Of a stretch of DNA of 64,000 bases, positions 34,876-44,348 are shown one piece after another (within the stretch, counting starts at the first letter, position 1; every line of letters starts with the position of its first letter). Location of the stretch: positions 1 through 64,000 of IMG/VR virus record IMGVR_UViG_3300015370_000568, one strand, 5' to 3'. The DNA is from a virus. The notes under the pieces are model-generated. The model saw nothing but the letters and a program-made list of their open reading frames with translations, ran no database searches and had not been told where the DNA came from. Position numbers and translations under genes: made by a program.

Positions 34876-35718
34876 ATGTCTGTATTGACTGTTGCATACA
34901 AAGCATTTACTCACAATCTCTGCTCACCTATTCAAGGCGGCGAGCCGATTTGGGATGGAGCACTACCGTTCAGTCTGCCTTCGGTTATAATGGATAAATC
35001 AGATAAGAAATGTAGTTATGGCTGGAATGCTGCCAGAGACCCTAAAACTGTAATCCAGATTGCTGGTCTTTGTCCAGGTGGATGGCCGGTACGACTCTAT
35101 TGTGTTGAAACTAAGGGTAAAGTCATTGAGAGAGGGGATAAATTACGTGCTTCAACATGGCGGATTGTTAAGGAAATACCAGTTCAACCAGTGATAGAGA
35201 GCTTTTCTCAAGAGGCATTTTCAGCACAGCATACTAAGATTATGAGCAAAGAGCAAATAGCATGGTATCAAGCTCTCGGACGTCCTCAATGGTCACTGTC
35301 AAAGGTAATTCGAGGCCTTGAGACCTCATTGAAAGCTAGAGGCTTGAACTGGACCCTTCAGCGTTTTGAGTCTGCTGGAGCTGTCTGGACTTTTAGAGCG
35401 GCTGCTCCTATTTGGCCTACTAATAATGCCTGGAACATCGTAACTACCGAAACTGGTCTACACTGCTTAAACAAAGATACTAGGGAGGCTACTAAAAAAA
35501 TTAGGAATACCTGGTTTCCCTGGCCTACTTGTAATATTCAGACCTCCTGGGCTGCTGGAGATGCTTGGGCCGCATTATTAGTTCAATATGCTGCGCGAAA
35601 TAACTGGATCTCACATCGCCCAGACCTACTAACTGTCGGTTTACGATCAGCATATCGACATGGATTAGCAATTGCCTTACCAGTTGGGGCAGACACACTA
35701 GGCTGGGCAATGATATAA
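34876..35718 (+). CDS. hypothetical phage protein
   Basis: AYKAF...CSYGWN...LYCVET...DKLRAS pattern, similar to 20589 and the 21010 N-terminal domain. Confidence 0.6.
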   Translation: MSVLTVAYKAFTHNLCSPIQGGEPIWDGALPFSLPSVIMDKSDKKCSYGWNAARDPKTVIQIAGLCPGGWPVRLYCVETKGKVIERGDKLRASTWRIVKEIPVQPVIESFSQEAFSAQHTKIMSKEQIAWYQALGRPQWSLSKVIRGLETSLKARGLNWTLQRFESAGAVWTFRAAAPIWPTNNAWNIVTTETGLHCLNKDTREATKKIRNTWFPWPTCNIQTSWAAGDAWAALLVQYAARNNWISHRPDLLTVGLRSAYRHGLAIALPVGADTLGWAMI

Positions 35719-35730
35719 GGAGAAGCTATA

Positions 35731-35979
35731 ATGTCAGAGAACACGCTCAATACCACTGTTATAACTGAGACAGAGATGCATGTTGATATCAGCCGTTCTC
35801 AACTACAAGAGTTCCTAGCTCAGGTTACTAGAGTAGAAGGCTTCCTAGATAAGGAAATTCATACCATAGAGATTAAGCCTATTACGAGTGGGGGAAACCA
35901 TACTGCTTTCAGGGTAGTAGCTAAGAAACGAGTATGCCAATTAATTAGCAACTCTCCTATAGCTAACCATGATTATTGA
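35731..35979 (+). CDS. hypothetical protein
   Basis: AAGGAG RBS. Confidence 0.55.
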   Translation: MSENTLNTTVITETEMHVDISRSQLQEFLAQVTRVEGFLDKEIHTIEIKPITSGGNHTAFRVVAKKRVCQLISNSPIANHDY

Positions 35980-36005
35980 CAAAGTGTTACTTGTTAGACT
36001 ACAAT
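35976..36005 (+). promoter_or_regulatory. sigma70-like promoter
   Basis: TTGACA-18 nt-TACAAT. Confidence 0.5.
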
Positions 36006-36027
36006 TGCAGGCGAGAGGACCTGCAGT

Positions 36028-36375
36028 TTGGTCAATTCCCCTGAACACAATGAAATTCTATTTGACGATGTCAAACACCTATTAGCTGACCTATTAGAAC
36101 GAGCAGTTCGAGATCTATTGATACTAAGTCCAGATGACCCCTATTTTGAGACAGCTTTTGGCCTAATCTTTGATGATGAATATCTTATTTATTTTGATGA
36201 GCCAGATGAAAAAGGACATCAGAAGCCTGACGGAGAAACCCTTTCACTTGACGAGATTCTATCAGTCGTCGATATTGATAAGGAGTTCCTCAGATGTCAG
36301 ATGAGAAAGAGACTATACGAGATGAAGAGACCTCTTGCTTGCCAACTGTTTGGGAAAGAATTGGACTGGAAATAG
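36028..36375 (+). CDS. hypothetical protein
   Basis: ORF downstream of the promoter. Confidence 0.55.
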   Translation: MVNSPEHNEILFDDVKHLLADLLERAVRDLLILSPDDPYFETAFGLIFDDEYLIYFDEPDEKGHQKPDGETLSLDEILSVVDIDKEFLRCQMRKRLYEMKRPLACQLFGKELDWK

Positions 36376-36791
36376 GAGAACTTGTAGCTCAAAAACAAGA
36401 AGCCTATGGAAACTCTTTCGGCCAGGCATATCGAATCCTAGAAGTTCTATTTCCTCAAGGAATAAGTCCTCAAGACTATCATAAAGTTCTATTAATAGCT
36501 CGAGTAATAGATGAACTCTTCCGGTATGTTACTCTCCCTAATGCTTTTGGAGAATCTCCCTGGAGAGATATTGTAGGCTATGGCCTACTTGAAATTGCTA
36601 ACCAGGAGAATAGTCAAGAATATAGTCCCTCAAAGCTACTTGAAATGACCTCAGATGCTCTTGAGACCACTACACAAGCTCTCAAAATTATCAGACAACT
36701 TGCATCTTCCTCTACAGCCCGGGCTAATATAATGGATATAGAGTATGAGGCCGACAAAGCATTGAAATTAACAGTGGAGAACAGCAATTGA
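36294..36791 (+). CDS. nucleotide-modification-associated (DUF1599/Nmad-like) protein
   Basis: KQEAYGNSF...RVIDELFR...ESPWRDIVGYGLL pattern. Confidence 0.6.
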   Translation: MSDEKETIRDEETSCLPTVWERIGLEIGELVAQKQEAYGNSFGQAYRILEVLFPQGISPQDYHKVLLIARVIDELFRYVTLPNAFGESPWRDIVGYGLLEIANQENSQEYSPSKLLEMTSDALETTTQALKIIRQLASSSTARANIMDIEYEADKALKLTVENSN

Positions 36792-37219
36792 AAATCCGTC
36801 TAACTCATGTGACTAATAGTTCATCTTCTAGCTTTCTCTGTCTAGTAAAGAAAGAGGCTGCTAATGAGGTTCTTGATACATATCCTGAGCCAGTAAGAGA
36901 ACTCCTTCTGGAGGAAGTTGCCCGGGAACTTCTTTGTCTAGGTCAAGAGGCTCTCGCTTTTGTAAATATGTATATTCAGAGCTATTCTCTTCATGAAAGA
37001 GAGATGCAAGATAAAGTCACACAGCTACAAGAAAAATATAAGGATCTTCAGGTCCTTGACTGTTATGATCATAGTATCATAGAGATAATTGACAACTTCA
37101 GTCGAGAAGTAGAAGAAAAATATCCTGGGGCAACTTTTTCTGCTCAAATATTTGATGATAATCCTCCAACCTTTTTCTCTAGAAAGCCAGAAGATGATTC
37201 TAATCAGACCGAGTCATGA
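36788..37219 (+). CDS. MKIRLxHVTNSSSSSF-tag protein 3
   Basis: Shared N-terminal motif; TTG start. Confidence 0.8.
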   Translation: MKIRLTHVTNSSSSSFLCLVKKEAANEVLDTYPEPVRELLLEEVARELLCLGQEALAFVNMYIQSYSLHEREMQDKVTQLQEKYKDLQVLDCYDHSIIEIIDNFSREVEEKYPGATFSAQIFDDNPPTFFSRKPEDDSNQTES

Positions 37220-38936
37220 AATTATAGAGACAGCTGGAGACGAAAAGCTTGTCGAGAGAGTAGCTCGTACTTGCTATAAGTCTGAGAGTAGAATTACAGA
37301 TGACTCAGCCAATAAGTTTGTCAAAATGCTTCGAGATAGAGGTCATCATGCAATGCTTGAATTTGGCTGGGTATGTGTGAAATTCATATGTGATCGGGGA
37401 TGCTGCTATGATTCCCAGACAGAGGTTCTAACTCAAGGGGGGTGGAAGTACTTTAAGGATCTCATACAAGAAGATAAATTGGCCTGTCTCAATGACTCTA
37501 ACTATCTAGAATGGCACCAACCTCAGACTCTACAGCAATATGATTTCAAAGGAAAGATGCTCTCCTTTCAGACACCTGTAATTGACCTAATGGTAACTCC
37601 AAACCACAAGATGTGGGTATTTGATTACGACAAGTGTTCTTCAAAGACAGGAATGTGGAAATTTCTAGAAGCGCAAGATATGACCAATGGTCACTATGGA
37701 ATATCCAAGACTGCACATTGGCATGGCGAAGAAAAGACAGTCTGTATTCCAGAGCATCCAACAAGACGACTACAATTTCCGGCACTACAATTTGATCATA
37801 TTTTAACTGCAGACCTATTTGAATTACTAGGTCTCTGGGCTATAAATGGATCTTATAGATATAGCACCGGTTGGCGTAGTAGCTCTTCAATTCAGATCTC
37901 ACTAACTGAGCTTTCTGTATATCAAAAGATCAAATCTCTATGTCAAAACCTGGGACTCCGCTGTACTCGTCATAGAAACGAGCTTCATATTGATAATCTT
38001 CGCTTGTTCCAATTTGTCTTGGAATTATTTGGCCAAGGACCAAGGCGGGTTCCTGACCTTATTAAGGAGGCCTCAGCAGCACAAATTCGCCGCTTTTTGG
38101 ACGGAGTAGTTGCAGGAGATAACTCTATCCAGGCCAGTAATGGACATATAACAATCTACACAGCATCAAAACATTTTGCCGACGGTTTACAAGAATTATA
38201 CCTCAAAGTAGGAGGATTATCTGCGAATATTAAAGTAGAATTTCCAAGAGAAAGCGAAATACTTGCTGGAATTTCTACTTCCCCTAATCAAAAGATATAT
38301 CTTGTCTCTGTCCATAAAAGAAAAAGATCTATACATCGCCTTGATCGCAGATCTGCTGAAGCATTTAGAGAACCAGTCAAGTATAGTGGTAAAGTTTACT
38401 GTGCCACAGTGCCTTTCCATCGACTTTATGTTCGTCGCAATGGTAAAGCCTGCTGGTCTGGTAATTCGCATGAACTAGTAAGACATAGACTAGTATCATT
38501 TGCACAAGAAAGCACAAGATACTGTAATTATAGGGGTGGCATAACATTTGTTATCCCTCCCTGGCTAGATTTACCAGAAGGAGAATATAACCTTGACTCT
38601 GAAGAGGTTCACTGTAATAACAAACTAGTTCCTGGTCTATATAAAGCATCTCATCCAGCTGGAAGATGGTTCTGGCATATGATTGATTCACAAAGTAACT
38701 ACCAGGCTCTTCTTACAGTACAAAACTGGACACCTCAACAAGCCAGGTCAGTTCTTCCAAATAGTCTTAAGACAGAAATAGTATGTGCCGGAAATCTTCG
38801 AGAGTGGCGACATATTCTCCAGCTCCGAACCAGTAAAGCTGCTCATCCTCAAATGCAAGAACTAATGGTCCCATTACTCAAAGACTTTCAAACAAGATGG
38901 CCAGTTTTGTTTGAAGACATAGGAGAAAAATTATGA
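37194..38936 (+). CDS. thyX: flavin-dependent thymidylate synthase with intein
   Basis: ARTCYKS, RGH.AMLE, DRGC|intein|SHELVRHR, SFAQESTRY, ARSVLP, NLREWRH, AHPQM. Confidence 0.92.
   Translation: MILIRPSHEIIETAGDEKLVERVARTCYKSESRITDDSANKFVKMLRDRGHHAMLEFGWVCVKFICDRGCCYDSQTEVLTQGGWKYFKDLIQEDKLACLNDSNYLEWHQPQTLQQYDFKGKMLSFQTPVIDLMVTPNHKMWVFDYDKCSSKTGMWKFLEAQDMTNGHYGISKTAHWHGEEKTVCIPEHPTRRLQFPALQFDHILTADLFELLGLWAINGSYRYSTGWRSSSSIQISLTELSVYQKIKSLCQNLGLRCTRHRNELHIDNLRLFQFVLELFGQGPRRVPDLIKEASAAQIRRFLDGVVAGDNSIQASNGHITIYTASKHFADGLQELYLKVGGLSANIKVEFPRESEILAGISTSPNQKIYLVSVHKRKRSIHRLDRRSAEAFREPVKYSGKVYCATVPFHRLYVRRNGKACWSGNSHELVRHRLVSFAQESTRYCNYRGGITFVIPPWLDLPEGEYNLDSEEVHCNNKLVPGLYKASHPAGRWFWHMIDSQSNYQALLTVQNWTPQQARSVLPNSLKTEIVCAGNLREWRHILQLRTSKAAHPQMQELMVPLLKDFQTRWPVLFEDIGEKL
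37404..38465 (+). mobile_element. intein (354 aa) with LAGLIDADG-like endonuclease region
   Basis: Starts CYDSQTEVLT, contains VTPNHKM, ends VYCATVP..LYVRRNGKACWSGN before Ser+1; interrupts the ThyX motif. Confidence 0.9.
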
Positions 38937-39157
38937 CGCTAGCACTACGAATCCTGAATATAGCAATCGCTCTTGCCTGTCTAGGTAATTTACTTAATGT
39001 CTATCTATCTAATGAGAACTCTATGGCTATTCTCGGATGGACTACTGCATTCATGCTTGCAGTAGTAGCAGTAGCAAACAACGAAAAAAGTAATGTTCTC
39101 AACAAGCTAGCAACAAAAGAAGAAAGAAAGGCCGGTAGTCTTGAAAATCAGACTTAG
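38933..39157 (+). CDS. small two-TM membrane protein
   Basis: Two hydrophobic helices. Confidence 0.55.
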   Translation: MTLALRILNIAIALACLGNLLNVYLSNENSMAILGWTTAFMLAVVAVANNEKSNVLNKLATKEERKAGSLENQT

Positions 39158-39617
39158 CCATGTAACTAACTCCTCTTCTAGTAGCTTTATAGTCTTGGAC
39201 CCTCATCTAACTAAAGAGCAGCGAGAGGTTCTCGTAAATTATCCTGGCTTTAAGTTTGAAGAGACTACTAGAGTCTGGCGAATTAGTGTTATCTGTAACG
39301 AAGAAGATGTAAGTAATCTACTTGAAGAGCACAGGATTCCCTATAAAGCCAAGATACACTATAACTGTGAAGCTCACATCTTTGATGGAACTTATCTAGC
39401 AGTAATACCCAACTTTGGAGAAGTAGCTAGTATATATGGACTTCGACATGTCCTTCAAGATAGATATCCTTCCCTAACACCTTATAATGAACAGATTAGA
39501 GGAGCAATCAAGATAGTAAACGTGCTAAAAGGAGAACAGGAACTCACTCCTGAGTTAAGAGAAGAGTTAGTTCAAAGGGAAAAAGGATTAGAAGAAAAGG
39601 AAAGGGAATTGCAATGA
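39141..39617 (+). CDS. MKIRLxHVTNSSSSSF-tag protein 4
   Basis: Shared N-terminal motif; TTG start. Confidence 0.8.
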   Translation: MKIRLSHVTNSSSSSFIVLDPHLTKEQREVLVNYPGFKFEETTRVWRISVICNEEDVSNLLEEHRIPYKAKIHYNCEAHIFDGTYLAVIPNFGEVASIYGLRHVLQDRYPSLTPYNEQIRGAIKIVNVLKGEQELTPELREELVQREKGLEEKERELQ

Positions 39618-39985
39618 AGATTCTAAAGTATGGCGGCGACCTTTATACAGCAGCAATAATTACTATTAGAGATGGAGCAATTATTGCCTCAGAAGTTAGA
39701 CAACTCCGAATGGCTTCTGTACGACACGAAGGTGTATCAGGGATGATTCCCCTTCTGACACCTCCCGATTTTTGTAATGCTCCTGTATCAACAATGACTT
39801 TTCCCCTAGCTGCTACTGCATACTATGCTGCAGAGGGAGAAGATGAGAAGACCTACCTGGAAATTATCAAACAGACCGAAGAGATTGAACAGTCTCAGAG
39901 AGCTGCTAAGGCAGGTATTGCTCTAGCTGGTAGTATCCCTAGTGGTCTTCCTTCACCAGGAGCTTTACAGTCAGCCTTCAAGTAG
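39614..39985 (+). CDS. hypothetical protein
   Basis: ATGA-coupled ORF. Confidence 0.6.
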   Translation: MKILKYGGDLYTAAIITIRDGAIIASEVRQLRMASVRHEGVSGMIPLLTPPDFCNAPVSTMTFPLAATAYYAAEGEDEKTYLEIIKQTEEIEQSQRAAKAGIALAGSIPSGLPSPGALQSAFK

Positions 39986-39999
39986 AAAGGCTAATTCTT

Positions 40000-40224
40000 A
40001 TGCCAATGTTTCGAATAAGTATTTACTGGGCCGACCCAGATGAAATGACTCAACACCATCTATTAGGCACAGTTACTATCGAGGCAAATAATGTCTGGAT
40101 AGCCAAACAAGATGCTATGGATATACTCTGGGACGAAAGACTTAATGCCTGTGCTATTATTGAAGTAGAAGAAATAGAAGCAGAAAAGGAGGAAGAATGT
40201 CACGAATTGCTCGATCCGACTTAA
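40000..40224 (+). CDS. hypothetical protein
   Basis: GAAAGG upstream. Confidence 0.55.
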   Translation: MPMFRISIYWADPDEMTQHHLLGTVTIEANNVWIAKQDAMDILWDERLNACAIIEVEEIEAEKEEECHELLDPT

Positions 40225-40409
40225 TAGAGTTTGTAAGAGAAGATGCTCAACAAAACTGTGACAACCCTTTTAGTAGCTGCTATACCGACTGTACTTCTCA
40301 AGACCAAGCTAACTGTACTTCACTGCTCCTGTATAAGCTTCTAAGCAGTATGTCAGATGCCGAAGTAGAATATCATCTGTATGGCGAGCCAGGACTAGGA
40401 GAATTTTAA
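40197..40409 (+). CDS. hypothetical protein
   Basis: AGGAGG RBS. Confidence 0.55.
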   Translation: MSRIARSDLIEFVREDAQQNCDNPFSSCYTDCTSQDQANCTSLLLYKLLSSMSDAEVEYHLYGEPGLGEF

Positions 40410-40411
40410 CG

Positions 40412-40753
40412 ATGAAAATTAGGCTGGCACATGTAACTAACAGCAGCTCTCAGAGCTTCTTTATTTGCAGACCTCTAGAAGAAGAGAATAAACCTATCCT
40501 TCTAGCTGTGGATGTCTCTGCAGAGACCAGGACCTTCCATTCTGAAGAAGAGTATGAAGCTTTCATGGTAGACCATGAATGGATTCCAGAGGAAGATTCA
40601 AAAATCCGGGCTGCATTAAGACAAGGAAAAATCATCGAGCTCGTAGAAGGTGATACAAATGAGTACGGTATTAGCCGAAATATTGGACAGGCCATGAGCA
40701 AAGACTTTCTCTTAACAAATGGTGCATATTTAGTAACTAGAGAGGAAAATTGA
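40412..40753 (+). CDS. MKIRLxHVTNSSSQSF-tag protein 5
   Basis: Shared N-terminal motif. Confidence 0.8.
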   Translation: MKIRLAHVTNSSSQSFFICRPLEEENKPILLAVDVSAETRTFHSEEEYEAFMVDHEWIPEEDSKIRAALRQGKIIELVEGDTNEYGISRNIGQAMSKDFLLTNGAYLVTREEN

Positions 40754-40755
40754 GT

Positions 40756-41103
40756 ATGAAAATAAGACTTTGTCATGTTACTAATAGCTCATCTTCCTCT
40801 TTCTGTATTGTAGGAATGGGGATTGATAGCTTTCTACAGATTGCTCATAAGCAAGACCCAGAAAAGTATCCAGAAACTTCTGGAGGCTGGGGAGATCAAT
40901 GGTTTGAAGAGCTTGCAGGACAAGACCTAGCAGAAGGCCAAGAGGCAAGCGAAGTCATTGGTCTAGATATTACTAAAATCAAAGAGAATGAAACTCTTGG
41001 CCAGTTTCGCCAAAGAGTCTGTGATAAACTCCTAGAAGCTACAGGGGTTCAACTGACTCCAAACCAACTATATTTCTGTAAGGATAGTTGGTACGATGGC
41101 TAA
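40756..41103 (+). CDS. MKIRLxHVTNSSSSSF-tag protein 6
   Basis: Motif starts at ATG 40756. Confidence 0.8.
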   Translation: MKIRLCHVTNSSSSSFCIVGMGIDSFLQIAHKQDPEKYPETSGGWGDQWFEELAGQDLAEGQEASEVIGLDITKIKENETLGQFRQRVCDKLLEATGVQLTPNQLYFCKDSWYDG

Positions 41104-41581
41104 AATGCAATATCAGTACAGTATTGGCCAATGGGTAGCTTGTCGAGGCACAGTAGAAGCTGAGTATGAAAATACTGAGGATGAGCCTATATGTGCTCCT
41201 AATGCTCCTCGAAAATTAGTTCGAACAGACTATTCAAATTCTGAAAAAGTCCCTATAGGTCAAATATCAGGGATGAAGCGACTGTTTCTAGGCAAGTATA
41301 GACCTAGACAAGGCTATATGGACGTAGACGGTGGAGGCTATGAGGACCCTTATCTTAAGGTTGAAAGCTCTCAACTAGTCTATCTTGTGCGACAAGGGAT
41401 GTTAAACAAAGAGATTCAAGTTCTGCTAGAAGACCTCAAGCCTCTAGAAAAAGGCTCCTATAAAGCTCCTCTGCCAATACTTCATTCTCCTCCTTGTAAA
41501 ATAGATACAAGGGATAGACAAATGCTTAGTAAAGAGGCTCAAAGCTGGCCACGAGATGCAAAAGGGAGATGGACCAAGTGA
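41096..41581 (+). CDS. hypothetical protein
   Basis: Coupled ORF ending PRDAKGRW. Confidence 0.6.
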   Translation: MAKMQYQYSIGQWVACRGTVEAEYENTEDEPICAPNAPRKLVRTDYSNSEKVPIGQISGMKRLFLGKYRPRQGYMDVDGGGYEDPYLKVESSQLVYLVRQGMLNKEIQVLLEDLKPLEKGSYKAPLPILHSPPCKIDTRDRQMLSKEAQSWPRDAKGRWTK

Positions 41582-42585
41582 ATGCAGATGTTAGTGCGCT
41601 ACTCAAACTAGTTAATAAAAAGTTTGGCGAGGGAACTCTAGTAATTCTTGGCTCTGACCAAAAGGTAGAAGTCCCTGTTATTCCTACTGGTTCTGTAGGT
41701 CTAGACAGAGCTCTAGGTATTGGTGGTTGGCCGAGAGGAAGAATTGTAGAAGTTTATGGGCCTGAACGAGGAGGCAAGACCACACTTGCTCTACATGCCA
41801 TTGCTGAGTCTCAAAAGCGAGGAGGAATTGCTGCATTTATTGATGCTGAGCATTCTCTTGATGTGGAATATGCCAGGACTATTGGAGTAGACACAGAGAC
41901 TCTTCTATTGTCTCAGCCTATGAGTGCAGAAGATGGTCTTGAGACAGTTGATATGATTGTCCGCAGTGGTACTGTAGACATCATAGTAATTGACTCAGTA
42001 GCAGCTATGGTTCCTAAAGTTGAACTAGAAGGAGAAATGGGCTCTTCTCATATAGGTGTTCAAGCTAGACTAATGGGTCAAGCATTACGAAAGCTTGCAG
42101 CAATTACTAGTAAATCTAATACTCTAATCTTCTTCATCAACCAGATAAGAATGAAGATTGGGGTAATGTATGGGTCGCCCGAAGTTACACCAGGAGGGGA
42201 AGCCTTAAAATTCTTCAGTTCTGTTCGCTGTAGAGTATCTGGTCTTTCAGAACGTAGAAAGAATGACCAGAAGGAAGAGACTGCTGGGCTAACAAGGGTA
42301 AAGGTTGTAAAGAATAAACTGGCCGTTCCATATAAATCTACAGATTTCTGGGTAGTTTTTGGTCAAGGCATTGATAAAAACTATGAGACAATGGAAGCTC
42401 TTCTCAATGCAAATGTACTACAAAAGAATGGTGCCTGGTTTAGCTATAATGGAGAGAATGTAGCTCATGGGAAAGAACAACTCCTAGAATTTGTAGCTAG
42501 TAAAGAATGGGACCTATCTCAATTAGAAATCAAGGTGGATAATGCCTCGGGGCCGGAAGAAGAAGAATCAACCAGTAGCGAGTGA
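41569..42585 (+). CDS. recA: recombinase RecA
   Basis: PRGRIVEVYGPE.GGKTT, FIDAEH, IDSVAA, INQIRMKIGVMYGSPE.TPGG.ALKF. Confidence 0.96.
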   Translation: MDQVNADVSALLKLVNKKFGEGTLVILGSDQKVEVPVIPTGSVGLDRALGIGGWPRGRIVEVYGPERGGKTTLALHAIAESQKRGGIAAFIDAEHSLDVEYARTIGVDTETLLLSQPMSAEDGLETVDMIVRSGTVDIIVIDSVAAMVPKVELEGEMGSSHIGVQARLMGQALRKLAAITSKSNTLIFFINQIRMKIGVMYGSPEVTPGGEALKFFSSVRCRVSGLSERRKNDQKEETAGLTRVKVVKNKLAVPYKSTDFWVVFGQGIDKNYETMEALLNANVLQKNGAWFSYNGENVAHGKEQLLEFVASKEWDLSQLEIKVDNASGPEEEESTSSE

Positions 42586-42964
42586 AGAAGGAAATATTTT
42601 TCTAAAGATAGGTGATACGTGGCGTATTGGATATTCAGAACATAGTTTTGATGTCCAACAAAGAAGAACAAAAAGAGATGGTTCCGAAGGATGGCGACCA
42701 CCTCTTTACTATAGTACTATGCAAGCCGCCCTTCTATCTATTCTAGACCAAGCCCCAGCTGTTCATCTTGCCAGCTCTATTGAATCAGTAGTACAAGCCT
42801 GGAAGGATGTAGCTAAACAGATAGAAGAAGGAATAGCCAAGGCTAAAGTAATTCCTATTCCACCAGGGACATTAAAGGCCTATGTGGAGTTCAAAACAGG
42901 ACAAGCCGTAACCAAAAATACTGACCAACCAACTAAACGAAGACGACGAAAGGCTACTAAATGA
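42542..42964 (+). CDS. hypothetical protein
   Basis: ORF overlapping the recA end. Confidence 0.55.
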   Translation: MPRGRKKKNQPVASEEGNIFLKIGDTWRIGYSEHSFDVQQRRTKRDGSEGWRPPLYYSTMQAALLSILDQAPAVHLASSIESVVQAWKDVAKQIEEGIAKAKVIPIPPGTLKAYVEFKTGQAVTKNTDQPTKRRRRKATK

Positions 42965-43188
42965 ATCGCTGGCTTCAAGAAGAACTCAGAAATGTCGAAA
43001 AGAATGAACCTATGTGGCCCGGAGATTCAATCTCACATCAGAACATTAAAGAGCTTACTCGACTTGGTCTAGTAGCAAGAGACCATGAAGGAAACATTCT
43101 ATTGACCATAGCTGGCAGAACATATTTACATTCAGAGAGGCATCAGAATGCAGGAGTATCACCTAGAACTACGGAAGCTAGTATCTAA
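42961..43188 (+). CDS. small winged-helix-like protein
   Basis: L..LGLV...LT.AGR pattern. Confidence 0.45.
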   Translation: MNRWLQEELRNVEKNEPMWPGDSISHQNIKELTRLGLVARDHEGNILLTIAGRTYLHSERHQNAGVSPRTTEASI

Positions 43189-43975
43189 AACCAACCTCAA
43201 TTTCGTTCATTACAACGCTAAAGTAGGAGTATCATTAGACATTGATAGTTTTTGCCCTCGTCAACTAGCAGGAAAAGAATGTGCCTATTGCTATGTAAGA
43301 GCAATGAAAGAGCGTTCATTTATGACTCTCAAAGAGACCCAGTACTATGACCCTCAAGACTGGGGAGTTCTTCATTCTCAAAAGTTTCGTCACTTTCTTA
43401 TGCTCTTCCACACTTTAGGTCTTCGCTTTGGAGTCAAGAGACAGTTTATTAGACTATTCTCCAAGAGTGACTATAAAAGAGAACATAAAGGTTTCTGGAC
43501 TCAAGTCCTTAATCTTTGTAAGAAGGAACATGTAAAAACTGTTGTAATTACAAAGCAACAGAAGGCTGTAACAGATTTATCTGACTATGCTACAACAGTT
43601 CAATTTAGTATTGACCGAGTTTCTAATGACAAGACAGTATTAAAGGCTCAAGCAACTCATGCAAGAAACAGCCGTCCTAATGTTGTAGTAAGAGCTGTAG
43701 CTTGTAGTGAACAAGAGATTCTTGCTCTTGGGTCTACAGTTGATATCCTTACTCTTTATCATAACGATGCTCAAGGAGAATTACGCCAAGCTTTGAAACA
43801 GAGCTTCCCAGAGACAGTAGAATCTGCATGGAAGCCAGAGAACTATCAGGGAAGAGTAAGAGCATATATCTGTTGTGCAAGTAAAGGCGACGGGAAACAC
43901 GCAAAGTGTGTATACTGTGGGAATTGTCTTAAGGCATTAGAAAGAAAGAGGAGACAAAATGGGCTATCGCAATAA
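43148..43975 (+). CDS. Cys-rich, radical-SAM-like protein (divergent)
   Basis: FCPR....ECAYCY, IRLFS, QFSID, C-terminal CC...CVYCGNC. Confidence 0.5.
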   Translation: MQEYHLELRKLVSKTNLNFVHYNAKVGVSLDIDSFCPRQLAGKECAYCYVRAMKERSFMTLKETQYYDPQDWGVLHSQKFRHFLMLFHTLGLRFGVKRQFIRLFSKSDYKREHKGFWTQVLNLCKKEHVKTVVITKQQKAVTDLSDYATTVQFSIDRVSNDKTVLKAQATHARNSRPNVVVRAVACSEQEILALGSTVDILTLYHNDAQGELRQALKQSFPETVESAWKPENYQGRVRAYICCASKGDGKHAKCVYCGNCLKALERKRRQNGLSQ

Positions 43976-44348
43976 CTTTGGGCTAGCTATTCTAGGACCA
44001 ACTAGTAAAGTTCATACCTTGCTAGAGATGATTAAAGAAAAGGCTGATTCAACAGCAGATTATGATTCAGAGGCAGGAGTTTATGCTACTATTCTCCTAT
44101 CCTTACAGGAGACAACTAGAGAGGACCTACTTTGGTTCCATGATGAATATGTTAAGTGTCAGGGTGAATGGCATGATGTAATATCACAGATAATGACAGA
44201 TGCCCATGACCTAGGCTGTCATTCAGCCTATTGTAGGATGGGTGAAGACCTAGATGATATTGAGATAGATGAGCTTGGAGTAGGAGATGAGAGTCTAAGG
44301 GTTTATATCCCTGTATTACGAATTCTAGGGGAGCCTGTAGTTCCCTAA
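43959..44348 (+). CDS. hypothetical phage protein
   Basis: MGYR...RMGEDLDDIE pattern; GAGGAG RBS. Confidence 0.6.
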   Translation: MGYRNNFGLAILGPTSKVHTLLEMIKEKADSTADYDSEAGVYATILLSLQETTREDLLWFHDEYVKCQGEWHDVISQIMTDAHDLGCHSAYCRMGEDLDDIEIDELGVGDESLRVYIPVLRILGEPVVP

